A stretch of 64,000 bases of DNA, taken from assembly GCA_963816395.1 (NCBI GenBank), contig CAWFKQ010000009.1:304780-368779 (forward strand), written 5' to 3'. The stretch's first letter is position 1. Each line of letters starts with the position of its first letter. Positions 1-11,492 of the stretch are shown here, one piece after another. The DNA comes from an uncultured delta proteobacterium (GTDB lineage Bacteria > Desulfobacterota > Desulfuromonadia > Desulfuromonadales > JACZKF01). The position numbers and the translations under genes were made by a program. The notes below the pieces were generated by a model that was not told where the DNA came from, ran no database searches, and saw nothing but the letters and a program-made list of their open reading frames with translations.

Positions 1-351
1 GCCTTCGGCAAGACCCGGGAGGAAGTCCTGGCGGAAGGGACGCCGGCGGAGCTGGCGGCGCACCGCACCTTCCCCGGCAACCGGCCGACCAACACCATCC
101 TCGCCGAACGCCTGACCCCGCAGACCCTCGGCGCCCTGGTGGCGCTCTACGAGCACAGCGTCTTCACGCAAGGGGCGATCTGGGATATCGATTCCTTCGA
201 CCAGTGGGGGGTGGAGCTGGGGAAGGTGCTGGCGAAGCGCATCCTGCCGGAGCTGGAGAGCCCCGCCGAGCCGGAACTCGGCCACGACAGCTCGACCAAT
301 GCGCTGATCCGGCGGTATCGGCGGTTCAAGGGGGAGGCTGGGAAATCCTGA
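1..351 (+). CDS. pgi: glucose-6-phosphate isomerase, 3' part (runs off window start)
   Basis: Frame 1 is open from base 1; motifs FPGNRPT and [12 protein letters not shown]; ends HDSST... Confidence 0.95.
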   Translation, partial: AFGKTREEVLAEGTPAELAAHRTFPGNRPTNTILAERLTPQTLGALVALYEHSVFTQGAIWDIDSFDQWGVELGKVLAKRILPELESPAEPELGHDSSTNALIRRYRRFKGEAGKS

Positions 352-354
352 ACC

Positions 355-456
355 GCGGGGCTGCGCCCCTGCACCCGGCTTAGGTCGCGGGCGCTGCGCC
401 CCGCACCCCGCGTTCCTTTCTTTTTAACGCCGAAAAGAAAGGAACCGAAAGAAAGC
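355..456. repeat. structured intergenic repeat element after pgi
   Basis: Duplicated GCTGCGCCCC(T)GCACCC at ~360 and ~393; perfect 13-bp inverted repeat GTTCCTTTCTTTT (412-424) / AAAAGAAAGGAAC (433-445). Confidence 0.55.
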
Positions 457-592
457 GACGCCCCTGCCGGGGAGGACTCCTGTCGCGAGAGACTAGGCCT
501 CATGCCGCAGTCGGCGCTGGGAACGCGTGCCGTGCTGCGTGGCGAGGAAATTAAAATCCTTCTGTATTTACGGGAGCTTCCAATTGCGATTT

Positions 593-624
593 GTAGGGGC
601 GCAGCGTGCTGCGCCCTTTTGTTT
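593..624 (+). repeat. GTAG-type REP-like hairpin, possibly also a terminator between convergent pgi and hisC
   Basis: GTAG, then a perfect 9-bp stem GGGCGCAGC-GT-GCTGCGCCC, then TTTTGTTT. Confidence 0.55.
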
Positions 625-652
625 GAGGCGGCTGCTGCCCCCGCACTCTGCC

Positions 653-1696
653 TCAGCCGATCTCGGCCAGCGCCGCCAGCGTCTTCTCCATCTCCTGCCG
701 GGTGCCGATGGTAATGCGCATTCCGTGGGCGAGGAGGGGGTCGGAGAAGTGGCGCACCAGGATCTTGCGTGCGTAGAGAGCCTCATACACGCGCCGGCCG
801 TTGCCGTCCGCCGGGGAGGCGAAAACGAAGTTGGTCTGCGAGTCGATGACCCGGTAGCCGAGCCGCCGCAGTTCGGCGGTGAACCAGGCGCGGGTGGCGC
901 GGATGCGGCCGACGGTCTCGGCGAGGTGGTCCTGGTCGCGCAGGGCGGCGCTCGCCGCCGCCAGGGCCAGGCGGTCGAGATGGTAATGGTCGCGGATCTT
1001 GTCCAGGGCGGCGATCACTTGCGGCCGGGCGATCGCCAGCCCCAGGCGCATCCCCGCCAGGGAATAGCTCTTGGAAAAGGTGCGGGTGACGATGACGTTG
1101 TCATATTTGCGGACCAGCTCCAGGGCGTTGTCTCCGGCGAAGTCGACGTAGGCCTCGTCGACCACCAGCGCCCCGGCGCAGCGGGTCGCCATCTCCTCGA
1201 TATAGGCGAGGGGGAAGGCGAAGCCCAGCGGCGCGTTGGGGCTGGTGAGAAAGAAGATCTTCCCTTCGTAGCGCGCCGGAAAATCTTTGATGCGGAAATC
1301 CTCCGTCAGCCCGAAGGTGCGGATCTTCGCCCCCTGGATCTCGGCCAGAGTCGCATAGTAGGAGTAGGAGGGATGCACATAGCCGACCTCTTCCCCTTCC
1401 CCGGCGAAGGCGCGGATCAGGTTGTTGAGCAGCTCGTCGGAGCCGTTGGCGCTGATCACCCAGGAAGGGTCGAAGCCGTAGAGCTCGCCAGCGACCTGCC
1501 GCATCTCCCGGCTCGCGGCGTCCGGATACTTGCGCAGGTTTCCCCCATCGGCACCCACTTCGGCGAGAATCGCCTCGCGCACCTTCGGCGAGGGGGGATA
1601 GGGGTTTTCGTTGGTGTTCAGCTTGATCCAGGCCGCCTCGTCGGCAGGCTGGAAGCCGGGGACGTAGCCGGCCATCTCGGCGATGTTGCGGCGCAT
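653..1696 (-). CDS. hisC: histidinol-phosphate aminotransferase
   Basis: [23 protein letters not shown] and the PLP-lysine motif [15 protein letters not shown]. Confidence 0.95.
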   Translation of the reverse strand: MRRNIAEMAGYVPGFQPADEAAWIKLNTNENPYPPSPKVREAILAEVGADGGNLRKYPDAASREMRQVAGELYGFDPSWVISANGSDELLNNLIRAFAGEGEEVGYVHPSYSYYATLAEIQGAKIRTFGLTEDFRIKDFPARYEGKIFFLTSPNAPLGFAFPLAYIEEMATRCAGALVVDEAYVDFAGDNALELVRKYDNVIVTRTFSKSYSLAGMRLGLAIARPQVIAALDKIRDHYHLDRLALAAASAALRDQDHLAETVGRIRATRAWFTAELRRLGYRVIDSQTNFVFASPADGNGRRVYEALYARKILVRHFSDPLLAHGMRITIGTRQEMEKTLAALAEIG

Positions 1697-1723
1697 AAAA
1701 ACTCCAGGTGAAGTAGCGAGGTC

Positions 1724-1777
1724 GTGAGGTACTGAGATAGCAATGGCTTTTCTACCTCACTATCTCACGTACCTCAC
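1724..1777. repeat. intergenic hairpin built from short TGAGGTA-like units
   Basis: GTGAGGTACTGAGATAG (1724-1740) is inverted to CTATCTCACGTACCTCAC (1760-1777) with one inserted base. Confidence 0.55.
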
Positions 1778-1782
1778 TGATT

Positions 1783-2852
1783 TCAATAGGTTTCCAAAAT
1801 CTCGTACATCGTCGTCCGCCGGGCGGGGGTGAACCCCGCGCCGCGGGCGAGCTCGATGATCTCCTCGATGGACAGGCGGAAGGAGCAGCCGGCCGCGGCG
1901 ACGACGTTCTCCTCGAGCATGGTGCCGCCGAGGTCGTTGGCGCCGAAGAAGAGGGCGACCTGCGCCATCATCGCCCCCTGGGTCACCCAGCTCGCCTGGA
2001 TGTTCTCCACGTTGTCGAGGACCAGGCGGGCGAGGGCGAGCACCTTGAGGTACTCGACGCCGGTGGCCGTCTCCCCGCCCAGCTCGGTATTGGCCGGCTG
2101 GAAGGTCCAGGGGATGAAGGCGGTGAAGCCGCCGGTGCGCGCCTGGATCTCGCGCACCCGGAAGAGGTGCTCGACGATATCCTCCGGTCTCTCCCTCGAG
2201 CCGAACATCATCGTCGCCGTGGTGCGCATCCCCAGCCGGTGCGCCTCCTCCATGACCGCCGCCCACTCGCGCCAGCCGATCTTGTTCGGCGAGATCTCCT
2301 TGCGCACCGCATCCACCAGCACCTCGGCGCCGCCGCCGGGCACCGAATCGAGCCCCGCCGCCTGCAGCCGGCGCAGGCACTCGGGCATGGCGAGGCTCCG
2401 AGAGCCTGGCGATGTGGATGACCTCGGCCGGCGAGAGGGAGTGGACCTGCACCGCCGGGAAGCGCCGCTTGAGCTCGCGGAAGAGCGCCTCGAACCAGTC
2501 GATGCTGCAGGTCCGGGTGCAGCCCCCCCTGCATCAGCAGCTGGGTGCCGCCGCGCTCCACCAGCTCCTCCACCTTGCGGAAGATCGTCTCGTAGGGCAG
2601 CACGTAGGCGTCACTCGCCTCCGCCGTGCGGTAGAAAGCGCAGAACTTACATTGCGACTGGCAGATGTTGGTGTAGTTGACGTTGCGGTCGATGACGAAG
2701 GTCGCCCGGTTGTGCGGGTGCTTTCGCCGGCGGACGGCGTCGGCCAGCTTGCCCACGGCCAGCAGGTCGGCCTCGGTCAGCAGGAAGAGGGCCTGTTCGC
2801 GGTCGATGACCTGCCCAGCCTCGATATTATTGTGAATTTCCGAAAGCATCAT
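1783..2852 (-). CDS. mqnC: cyclic dehypoxanthinyl futalosine synthase (radical SAM), frameshifted near 2390-2510
   Basis: VIDRNVNYTNICQSQCKFCAFYR (CxxxCxxC), LLMQGGLHP, IQASWVTQG, GANDLGGTMLEENVV; split across ORFs 2208..2855 and 1783..2388. Confidence 0.9.
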
Positions 2853-5546
2853 CACTGATAGGCCTTGAATCCTTCGAGAATCTGGCGGAAATTCTTCGGT
2901 GCGTACTTTTTGAAGCCTTCCATCGTCTACATAGGCAGAATGCGTACTTCACTGCCGATTGCAAGGCATTGAGATCCTCGCACCATTGGCGCAGCCGGGC
3001 CATTTTCCGGGGGACATTCTCATCCACCTGTCCTTTGGTTTCGACGACCACGATTCGGCCATCGGTCCAGCTTCACCAGAAAATCAGGGTAGTAATTGGA
3101 GATGTCGCCGTCGGCCTTGACATAGTCCAGTTTGAAATGTACCGCAAGGTAGTTTTTGGCGTAGGACACGACGTCGCTGCAATCCTCCAGAAAACTGGCG
3201 AAGCGAAGCTCGAAAGGGCTGTCGCCGATAACGCGGTTGAAGACGCTCTTCTTCGCCATCAGATAGCCCTGGTCTTTGCACGACAAAGGGGCGGGTCTGG
3301 CGCAGCTTGATGGTATCGCGGATCTCCGCGTCCCCCTTGGCACGCACAGTCAGCTCGTTGATTGCCTTCTTGAAGGATTCGATAACGTGTTTTCGTGGCG
3401 GCCAGTTCCGAGAGATTGCGCAGGGTATTTGGGTCAACTCGAGATCGACCGTTCGATCCGAACAGCGCATCCCGCACGAACGTCTTGATCTTGCCGTACA
3501 GCACATCGTAACCGCTGACCAGTCGTAATTCCTTCATGATCGTCTGGGCAAAATAGCCGATAACGCTGCGGTAGTCGGCCACCCCCGCACTGTCCAGAAT
3601 CGTAGTGTGGGTGATATCGCCGGTGGTGATGTCCTTGAACACGATTTCGCGCTGCTCCTCCTCGCTGAACTGCCGGTAGAGCAGCGCCTGGTGAAAGGCA
3701 TCGCTCCGGTGTCCAGATCGGCGAGATTTTTGTACTCGCGATAGATGCGCGGCGAAAGGACCGGGATGGCGATATCCAGCTTGTCGAGATCCTTCTTGTC
3801 ATTGTCGATATCGACCTCGATCACCAGCGGCGTCTTTGCCTCGGTTCCCTGGCCCATCGCCTTGCGCTCCAGCTCGACCCCCTCGGCCTGGATCGACTCG
3901 ACGAACTCCATGAAGGCGTCGGTGCCAACCACGCTGACGTATTCCTCGACGTCGCCGGGATACATCTTGCGCAGCCCCCGCCCCAGGGTCTGCTCGGGGA
4001 GAATGTTGCTCTTGGCAGCGTAGGCACGCAGACCGACGATGGTCGTCACGTTGCGCACGTCCCAGCCTTCCTTGAGCATCAAAACCGAGACGATCGCCTT
4101 GTAGGGGCTTTCCATCGAATCGATGTCGTTGGCCTGCTTGCGCAGCTTTTCCAGCTCTTCCTTGGCTTTACCCGAGGCCGCCTCGGAAATCTCGCCGTTG
4201 TTCTTGGTGTGAATCACCAGCACAGTGTCCTTGCAGAGTCCGGGATAATTGCCGCGTAGATACTCAGCCACATCGTCGCAGTTGCGGGTGTCATCGGTCA
4301 TGATGAAGAGGATGGCCTTCTTGCCGAGCTTCTCGATGCTCGTCGTAGGCCTTGCGCCACTCGATCACTCCCAGGTCAAGATAATCGGCGTACTTTTCGG
4401 TGTACTTGGCGCTCTGCCGTTCCTGGAGCTTGGCGCGGCTGGCGGCATCGGGAAGAACCGGATGCTTGACCACATTCTGCCAGATCGCTTCGACCAGCGG
4501 GTAGTCGGTCACGGTCTGCACGAAGATGGCGCCATTGTTGTGCTTCGGCGTCGCCGTCACGTCAAGTTGCAGGGAGAGGGCATCCCCCTTCTGCAACAGC
4601 CGATTGTGGATGTCCTGAATCGACTGGAACCAGGCCAGCTTCGCGTCGTGGATGTGGTGCGCCTCGTCGTTGAGGACCATCAGCTCGTCGATGTCGCGCA
4701 CGATCATCCCAAGATCGACCTTGGAATCGGTGGTCGCGCCGCTCGGCCGCTTGCCGAGGAAGTAATCCATCGTGTTTTCGTCGTCCGGCGATGGCGGGAT
4801 CTCCTCACCGGAATAGACACGGTGGATGTTGGTCAGGAAGATGTTGCCGACCGGACGTGTCACCCGCACCTCGTCCTGGATGTGCAGGGTGAGCTGGAAA
4901 TCGTCCCGCCAGTTGCGGCCATCGAAGCCGTTGTCGGGAATCACCGGATCTTCGAAGAAGATGCGCAGCCCCTGGAAGTCTTTATAGATCCGGTCGAGCA
5001 CGATGATGTTGGGGGCAATCACCAGGAAGTTGCGCGACAGCAGTTGAATCCGGCTCGTAGAGCTTGTGGATAAAAACTCCACGCCAGCGCCAGGCTTAGC
5101 ACCTTGGTCTTGCCGCTGCCTGTGGCCATTTTCACCACGTAGCGCCGCCAGCTCTCGTCGAACATCCTGGCCGAAACCGCGCCGCTGCCGTCAAAGCGCA
5201 TCAGATCGAACTTGTCTTTGGCCCCGACCACATCGTAGAGATAGACGATCGTCTCCAACGCCTCGCGCTGGGCGAAGAAGTAGCGGAACTCGGCGGTCGT
5301 GCCGTCGAACCGCTCCTGCAGGTGCGGCTCCTTGAACCACCAGTTCAGCAGGCTCTTGCTGGTCTCGGTCGCACCAACATAGCCGCCGTCGCGAAACTCC
5401 TTGACCTTGCGCCGCAGCTGCGACACCAGCGGCGGCATGAGCTTGTCCATGCCGGTTTCGCGCAGCGCCTCGTCGGCCGGGAACCAGCGGACCTCGGGAT
5501 TGAGAATCGCGTAGGGCGAATCGGGGAAGTCAGGATGAAGCGCCAT
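2852..5546 (-). CDS. res: type III restriction enzyme Res subunit (SF2 helicase plus PD-(D/E)xK nuclease), several frameshifts
   Basis: Walker A MATGSGKT, LNDEAHH, MLKEGWDV, EQTLGRGLR and YYPDFLV...VVETKG across consecutive ORF pieces; ends LEGFKAYQ* at 2852. Confidence 0.88.
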
Positions 5547-6367
5547 TACTTCTTCTCTCCTAGCTTTTTCACGCCGAGATCTTTGGTCAGCAGTCGCATT
5601 TGACTGATGGCGATGTCGTTGAGTTTTTTCAGCCGCTCCGCTTGCGGCAACCCTTCGTGAATGAAGAGTGCATTCAGATTCTCCAGGTTGGAAAGGCAGA
5701 TAAGCTGGGCGACATTCACTTCATCGCGGACATTCCCCTTCTCCCCCGGATTCGCATCACGCCATTGTTTTGCCGTCATGCCGAACAGCGCCATGTTCAG
5801 CACATCGGCCTCGGCGGCATAAACCAAGCTTATCTGCTTCGGGGTCAGTGTTGGAGGGATCAGGTTTTCTTTGACCGCATCGGTGTGGATGCGATAGTTG
5901 ATCTTCGCCAGATTGCGCTTGATATCCCACCCGAGCTGCGCCTGTTCCGACTCTTTGAGCCGTTGAAACTCCTTGATGAGATAGAGTTTGAACTCAACGG
6001 AAATCCACGAAGCGAACTCGAAAGCAATGTCCTTGTGCGCGTATGTTCCGCCATAACGCCCCGATTTCGATAGGATGCCGATGGCGTTGGTGGCTTCTAT
6101 CCACTGTTTCGGCGTCAGGACAAAACTGTTGAGACCCGCCCTGTTTCTAAACCCCTCGAATTCGAGGGGTTTAAATACCGGGTTGTTCAGGTGTTCCCAG
6201 ATGCCCAGAAATTCGACCGTATTCCGATTTCGAATCCAGTTCTGGATGACGTGGTCGGTCCGCTCCGGCTCTTTGTGACGCGCAATGTCGGTCAGCGAAA
6301 TATAGTCGCTTGCCTCTCCGCCCAGCACCCTGACTTCACTCCCCTTCACATCGAGTTTCCTGTTCAT
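5546..6367 (-). CDS. KilA-N domain DNA-binding protein
   Basis: DYISLTDIA, GRYGGTYAHKDIAFEFASWIS, KINYRIHTDA; intact ORF between mod and res. Confidence 0.88.
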   Translation of the reverse strand: MNRKLDVKGSEVRVLGGEASDYISLTDIARHKEPERTDHVIQNWIRNRNTVEFLGIWEHLNNPVFKPLEFEGFRNRAGLNSFVLTPKQWIEATNAIGILSKSGRYGGTYAHKDIAFEFASWISVEFKLYLIKEFQRLKESEQAQLGWDIKRNLAKINYRIHTDAVKENLIPPTLTPKQISLVYAAEADVLNMALFGMTAKQWRDANPGEKGNVRDEVNVAQLICLSNLENLNALFIHEGLPQAERLKKLNDIAISQMRLLTKDLGVKKLGEKK

Positions 6368-6383
6368 GGCTCCCCCTCACTAA

Positions 6384-8181
6384 TTATGGCGAATTCGCCG
6401 CAATTAAACCGACACCTCGACAATGGTCATGGTGTCGTTGCCGAAGATATCGACCACCTTCACCGCGATCTTGCGCCGGCCCGGCGGGCATGCCGCGCGC
6501 CTCGTCGAGGACGTTGGGGAAAAGCCCCATCTCGAACTCGAAACCGAGGATATCGACCTTGGTGATGTGCTTCTTGCGGCACTCCAGGATGATCTCCTCG
6601 ACGAAGAGCCGCGTCACCGGCAGGTTGACCGGCCCCACCGCCACCAGCCGCCCGGCGCGCTTGCCGTGGAAGGAGGCGAAATTCTCCACTTTTTCCGCCC
6701 GGTAGGCGCGCAGGATCAGGTCGAGAAAGGCCGCCTCCTTGGCGGCGAGCTGCTGCTGTTTCTGCTCTTCGCGCAGGTCGGGATTGACGCCGATGTAGTG
6801 CTGGCGCTCGTACTTGCCGAGATTGAGGATCTCGAAGGCGCGGTAGTCCTTCCCCTCGCCCTTCAGCTGCCGCTGCACGCCGATCATCCGCTTGCGGGTG
6901 GTGTGGATTCCGAACTTGCCGAGATCGGTGGCGATCCACTTGCGGCCGAGCTTCTCCGCTACCGCCGCCGTGGTCCCCGAGCCGCAGAAGAAGTCGGCGA
7001 TCAGGTCGCCTTCGTTGGACGAGGCTTGGATGATACGTTCGAGGAGGGCTTCGGGTTTTTGGGTGGGATAGTCGATCCGTTCACCAGCTGAGGAGTTCAA
7101 AGCCGAAAACTCATTCCATACATCATGTATTGCCACGCCCTTGAGTTCGTTAAGCGGAGTTTTCAGGCGTGGCTTTCCACCCTTGGAGAAAGCAATCCTT
7201 CCACGCGCCATCAAGTCGTCAATGCCGGCTTGATCATATGCCCAATGTCTCCCGGGAGGTGGTTGAATGCTTTCGCCGTTAAAAGTCCGAGCAGGGCCTG
7301 AACCTGCACCAGTGAGGTCGGACAGCCGATAAATCGTGCCATCTCCTTCTGTCAAGAAATCATGACCACGTGCATTGTCTTCTGTTTGGGGGACTGTTGG
7401 AGGCGACCAAATGATCCGATCAGTTTTAGAGTAAAAATAAATTAGGTCATGTACTCGTCCTAATTGATTTACCCCTTTCCGGCTGCTTGTTCTCTGCCAA
7501 ACAATTTCGTTTCTGAAGTAGTCTGGTCCAAAAATTTCATTCATCGCCAAGCGGATGAAGGCATTTACACGCGGATCGCAATGCACATAAATACTCCCAT
7601 CCTCCGCCAGCAGATCCCGCATCAGCACCAGACGCTCGTGGATCATGGCGATGAAGGAGTCAGCCCCCTTCCCCCAGGTGTCGCGATAGGCGATCTCTTC
7701 GAGGATGTTCGGCTTCTTGGTAAAAGTGTCGCCGCCGATCTCGATGTCCATGGAGAAGTCGGCGCCGACGTCGAAGGGCGGGTCGATGTAGATGAGCTTG
7801 AGGCCGCCCTGCTTCTCGATCTCCTCGCGCAGGGGGCCGTTCTTCAGGACTGGAGAGGATCAGCTTGTTGTCCCCCCAGATCAGCTTGTTGGTCCAGCCC
7901 TTGAGCTGCCGGCCGCGACCATCCAGCGAAATTCCACCCCAACGAAACAGGGGATCGTCCAGCTTGGTCTCCTCCGGCTTCTCGGCGCGCGGCTCGTCGA
8001 CCTGTTCGATGGTCTGAAAGGGGAGAACGATGTTGCAGACCTCGCCGGTCTTGCCGCTCCAGACCAGCTCCACCTCGCGCTTGTCGCCGAAGAGGAGAAA
8101 GCGGTACTTCTCCGGCAGCGGCTTGTCCGCCTCGAGGAAGCGGACGATTTCCTGCTTCTCCTGCTCACTCAGCCGCAGCAT
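6384..8181 (-). CDS. mod: type III DNA methyltransferase Mod subunit, frameshift near 7850 and probable C-terminal internal deletion
   Basis: NKLIWGDN, IYIDPPF (motif IV), YPTQKPEALLERII, DFFCGSGTT (motif I); beta-class motif order. Confidence 0.88.
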
Positions 8182-10340
8182 TTATCTATCCCCCTCCTGC
8201 AAACGCGCCACATAGGCGCCGAAACTGTGCCCGGCGATCATGACCATCAGCGGAATTTCTGTCAGTGGCACGGTCTCGTCGGCGACCGCCTCGGCCACCA
8301 GAACCATCTGCTCCCAGGGGACCGGCGGCTTCTTTGCTGATTTGAGCCAGAGGGCGGCCAGCACCAGGCGCTCCAGCCACTGAGGCCGGCGCGGCTGGAG
8401 GATCTTGTCCAGGATCGCCGTCACACAGCGCTCGGGCTCGGGGTAGCGCTTCTTCCCCTGGGCCTTTTTCACTACGGCGTCGACCTCGGCGTCGTCCTCG
8501 AACCACGAGTGAGCAAAGGGCTGATCTTCCGGCCAGTCCCCGGATGCCTCCAGTGCCTGCAGCCGGTAGCTCTCGCCGGCGAAGCGGCCGCCCCGGCGTT
8601 CCAGTTCGGCGCGCAGCCCGGCAAGTTCAGCGGCGGCATCCAAGGGCACCGCCTTCCACTGATCGCAGCCAAGGCGCTCGGCGATGGCCACCAGCCAGTG
8701 GCAGGGGACCTTGTCGTGGCTGGCGCCGTCGGCGAGGGCCTGGCAGATGCGCCGGTGCAGGTAGTCGGCCGATACCTCCACCGCGCCGGTCTCGCGGCGC
8801 AGCATGGCGAGAAATTCGCTGCGCTCGCGCTTGCCGGCCAGGGGGACCAGGAAGGCGTCGGCGACGCCGGAGCCTTTCTTGGGCATGATCGAGCAGCAGA
8901 GGAAACCTTTCCCCTCCGGCACCAGCACCTGAAAGGTCTGGGCCATCGCCCCGTCGACGGCGCTGGCGTAGACGGTCGTCGCCACCCGCTTGGGCAGTGG
9001 AGCGCATTCCACCCTCGCTTTGCGGGCGTTGGCCACTGCCAGGTCGATCCGGACGCGCAGCGCCTCGGGGAACCAGTTGCGGGCCACGATCAGTCGCCGC
9101 AGACTCGCCGGAGTCAGCGCCAGGCCGTCGAACTCGGCCAGCGCCTGCGCCACCCCGGCACGGACTTCGGCCTGCGGATGGAAGAGCATCAGCGCCGCCG
9201 CCTCGCGGATCGTCGGGTGTTCGGCCCCAGCATCAGCCGGCAAAGATTGACCTGCACCTCGACGTTCCCCACGGCCATCATCTGCAATATCGCTTCGAAA
9301 AATTCGTGGGGAGTGCCGGCGCCCTCTTCTTCCAACTCTTCCAGCAGTCCGCGCATCGCCTGTTCGGGGTCGGCGACGAAATCGGGATCGGCATCGAGCC
9401 CGGCTAGCATGCGCCGGTTGTTGGCCTCATGCAGCACTGGCAGTATCTCAATGCGGGCGCCGAGCAGTTCCTGGGTCACCATGGCGCCGAGTTGGGGCTC
9501 GACCCCTTGGGCGAAAACGTGCCGGGCCAGAGCTTTCTGCCAGCGTTCCATGCGCCGCGCCGCCTCCGGCCGCCGCCGCTCCAGGTCGACCCGCAGGATT
9601 TCCAGAACGTCGCGCAGCAGCCGCAACGCCGCTTCGAGTCGTGCGTCCTCGTTATCCTGGTCGAAACAGGCGACAAGTTGTCCGGCCAGATCCTCGGCAG
9701 CCAGCTCCTGGGCATGGAGGTAGTCGCGCAGTTCCGTTTGCCGAGCACCGTGGAGTTCGAAGGGGATTTCGTCAAGATAGCGTTCGACCCAGCTAGCCAT
9801 CCCTTCCACGGCCGGCGAATCCTGCGGTTTCCTGCGCCGGCCGACCGGCGGGGTGCGGGCGGCTGCCTTGAGCAGGCTCTCAAAGGCACCGAAGGGGTTT
9901 TCCCCTTCCGGCGGTTTGATGACGCGTTCCACCGTCCCCGGCTTCGGAAAGGGTTCGCCTCGATAGGCATGCCCGTCCATCTTCTTGCGTACCTGTTTGT
10001 ACCTCCGATGCATCCCCTTGAGCCAGTCGGGATTATCGTTGATCGCCTCGACGAAGATCTGCAACAGGTCCTCGGCGCCCGCTGCCTGTTTTTCCGATGC
10101 GTTGAGGAATGGTCCGGCTAGAGGTTCATCGGGGTCGAAACCGAATTCTATCGTCGCCAGGCGTTTTCCTTTGCTGTTGGCGACCAGGATCGCGGTGCGC
10201 CGGCAGTCGCACCCCTCTTCCACGCAATAGGCTTCGATAAAGGCGTACTCTCCGGCTTTCGCCTTGCCTGCCTTGCGCGGCAGAGAGAGACCGACGACCC
10301 CCTCCTCGGCATCGGGAAAAAGCAGCGGATAAGGGACCAT
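8182..10340 (-). CDS. large hypothetical protein (~720 aa if the frameshift near 9230 is repaired) with an N-terminal YCxxxxCDCRR motif
   Basis: ORFs 9189..10340 and 8182..9243 overlap in different frames and look coding; the stop abuts the mod ATG. Confidence 0.6.
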
Positions 10341-10368
10341 GCCAGGGAAATCGTCGAATTCTTCATGT

Positions 10369-11449
10369 TCAATAAACCTTCAACTCCCGATACAGCGTAT
10401 CCCGCTCGACCGGCACCTTCCCCGCCTTGCGGATGAGGGCGACGATCTGCTCCTTGCCGAGGGCCTGCGGGGAGTCGGCGCCGGCGTCGTGGCCGATCTT
10501 CTCCTCGACCACCGTGCCGTCGAGGTCGTTGACGCCGAAGGCGAGGCCGACCTGGGCGATCTTCAGGCCGAGCATCACCCAGTAACCCTTGATGTGGCGG
10601 AAGTTGTCCAGGTAGATGCGGCTGATCGCCAGAGTCTTCAGAGCGTCGACGCCGCCGACTCCCTTCGCCCCCGGCACCCGCGTGTTGTCCGGCTGGAAAG
10701 CGAGGGGAATGAAGGCCTGGAAACCGCCGGTGGCATCCTGCAGGGCGCGCAGGCGGGCGAGGTGGTCGACCCGGTCGGCGTACTCTTCCAGGTGGCCGAA
10801 GAGCATGGTGGCGTTGGTCTTCAGGCCGCTGCGATGCACCGTCTCGATGACCTCCAGCCAGCGCTCGCCGGAGATCTTCTCCGGACAGATTTTGTCGCGC
10901 ACCCGCTGCGCCAGGATCTCCGCGCCGCCGCCCGGCATGGAGCCGAGGCCGGCCGCCTTGAGCTCGGCGATGACCTGCGCCACGCCCTGGCCGGTGAGGC
11001 GGGCGAAATAGTCGATCTCCACGGCGGTGAAGGCCTTGATGTGCAGTCGGGGGTTGTCCGCCCGGATGGCGGCAAGCATCTCCAGGTAGAAATCGAAGGG
11101 GAGATCGGGATGCAGCCCCCCCACCATGTGGATCTCCGTCGCCCCGGCGGCACTCGCCTCCGCCGCCTTGGCCAGGATGTCGTTGAGGGCCAGGGTGTAG
11201 CACCCCTCGTCCTCCACCCCCTTGCTGAAGGCGCAGAAGGTGCAGCGGTTGACGCAGATGTTGGTGTAGTTGACGTGCCGGTTGACGTTGAAGTAAACCC
11301 GCTCGCCGTTCTGCCGGCGGTTGGCGAGGGCCGCCAGTTCGCCGATGGCCAGCAGGTCGTTCGATTGGAACAGGGCGAGGGCCTCGGCATCCGATGACCC
11401 GTTCGCCGGCTGTGATCTTGTCGCGAACCTGATCAAAGAGAGTGTTCAT
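10369..11449 (-). CDS. mqnE: aminofutalosine synthase (radical SAM), frameshift near 5' end
   Basis: FNVNRHVNYTNICVNRCTFCAF, HMVGGLHP, HIKGYWVMLG, DLDGTVVEEKIGHDAGA. Confidence 0.9.
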
Positions 11450-11457
11450 GGTCTTCC

Positions 11458-11492
11458 AATTCAAAATTCAGCATTCAGAATTTAAAATTCCC
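11458..11492. repeat. five tandem degenerate heptamers (AATTCAG-like)
   Basis: AATTCAA AATTCAG CATTCAG AATTTAA AATTCCC fills the ubiX-mqnE spacer. Confidence 0.6.

Noticed and set aside
6384..8181. Phase-variable mod gene (phasevarion)
   Set aside because: No simple-sequence repeat tract in the gene; the frameshift near 7850 is not in a repeat.
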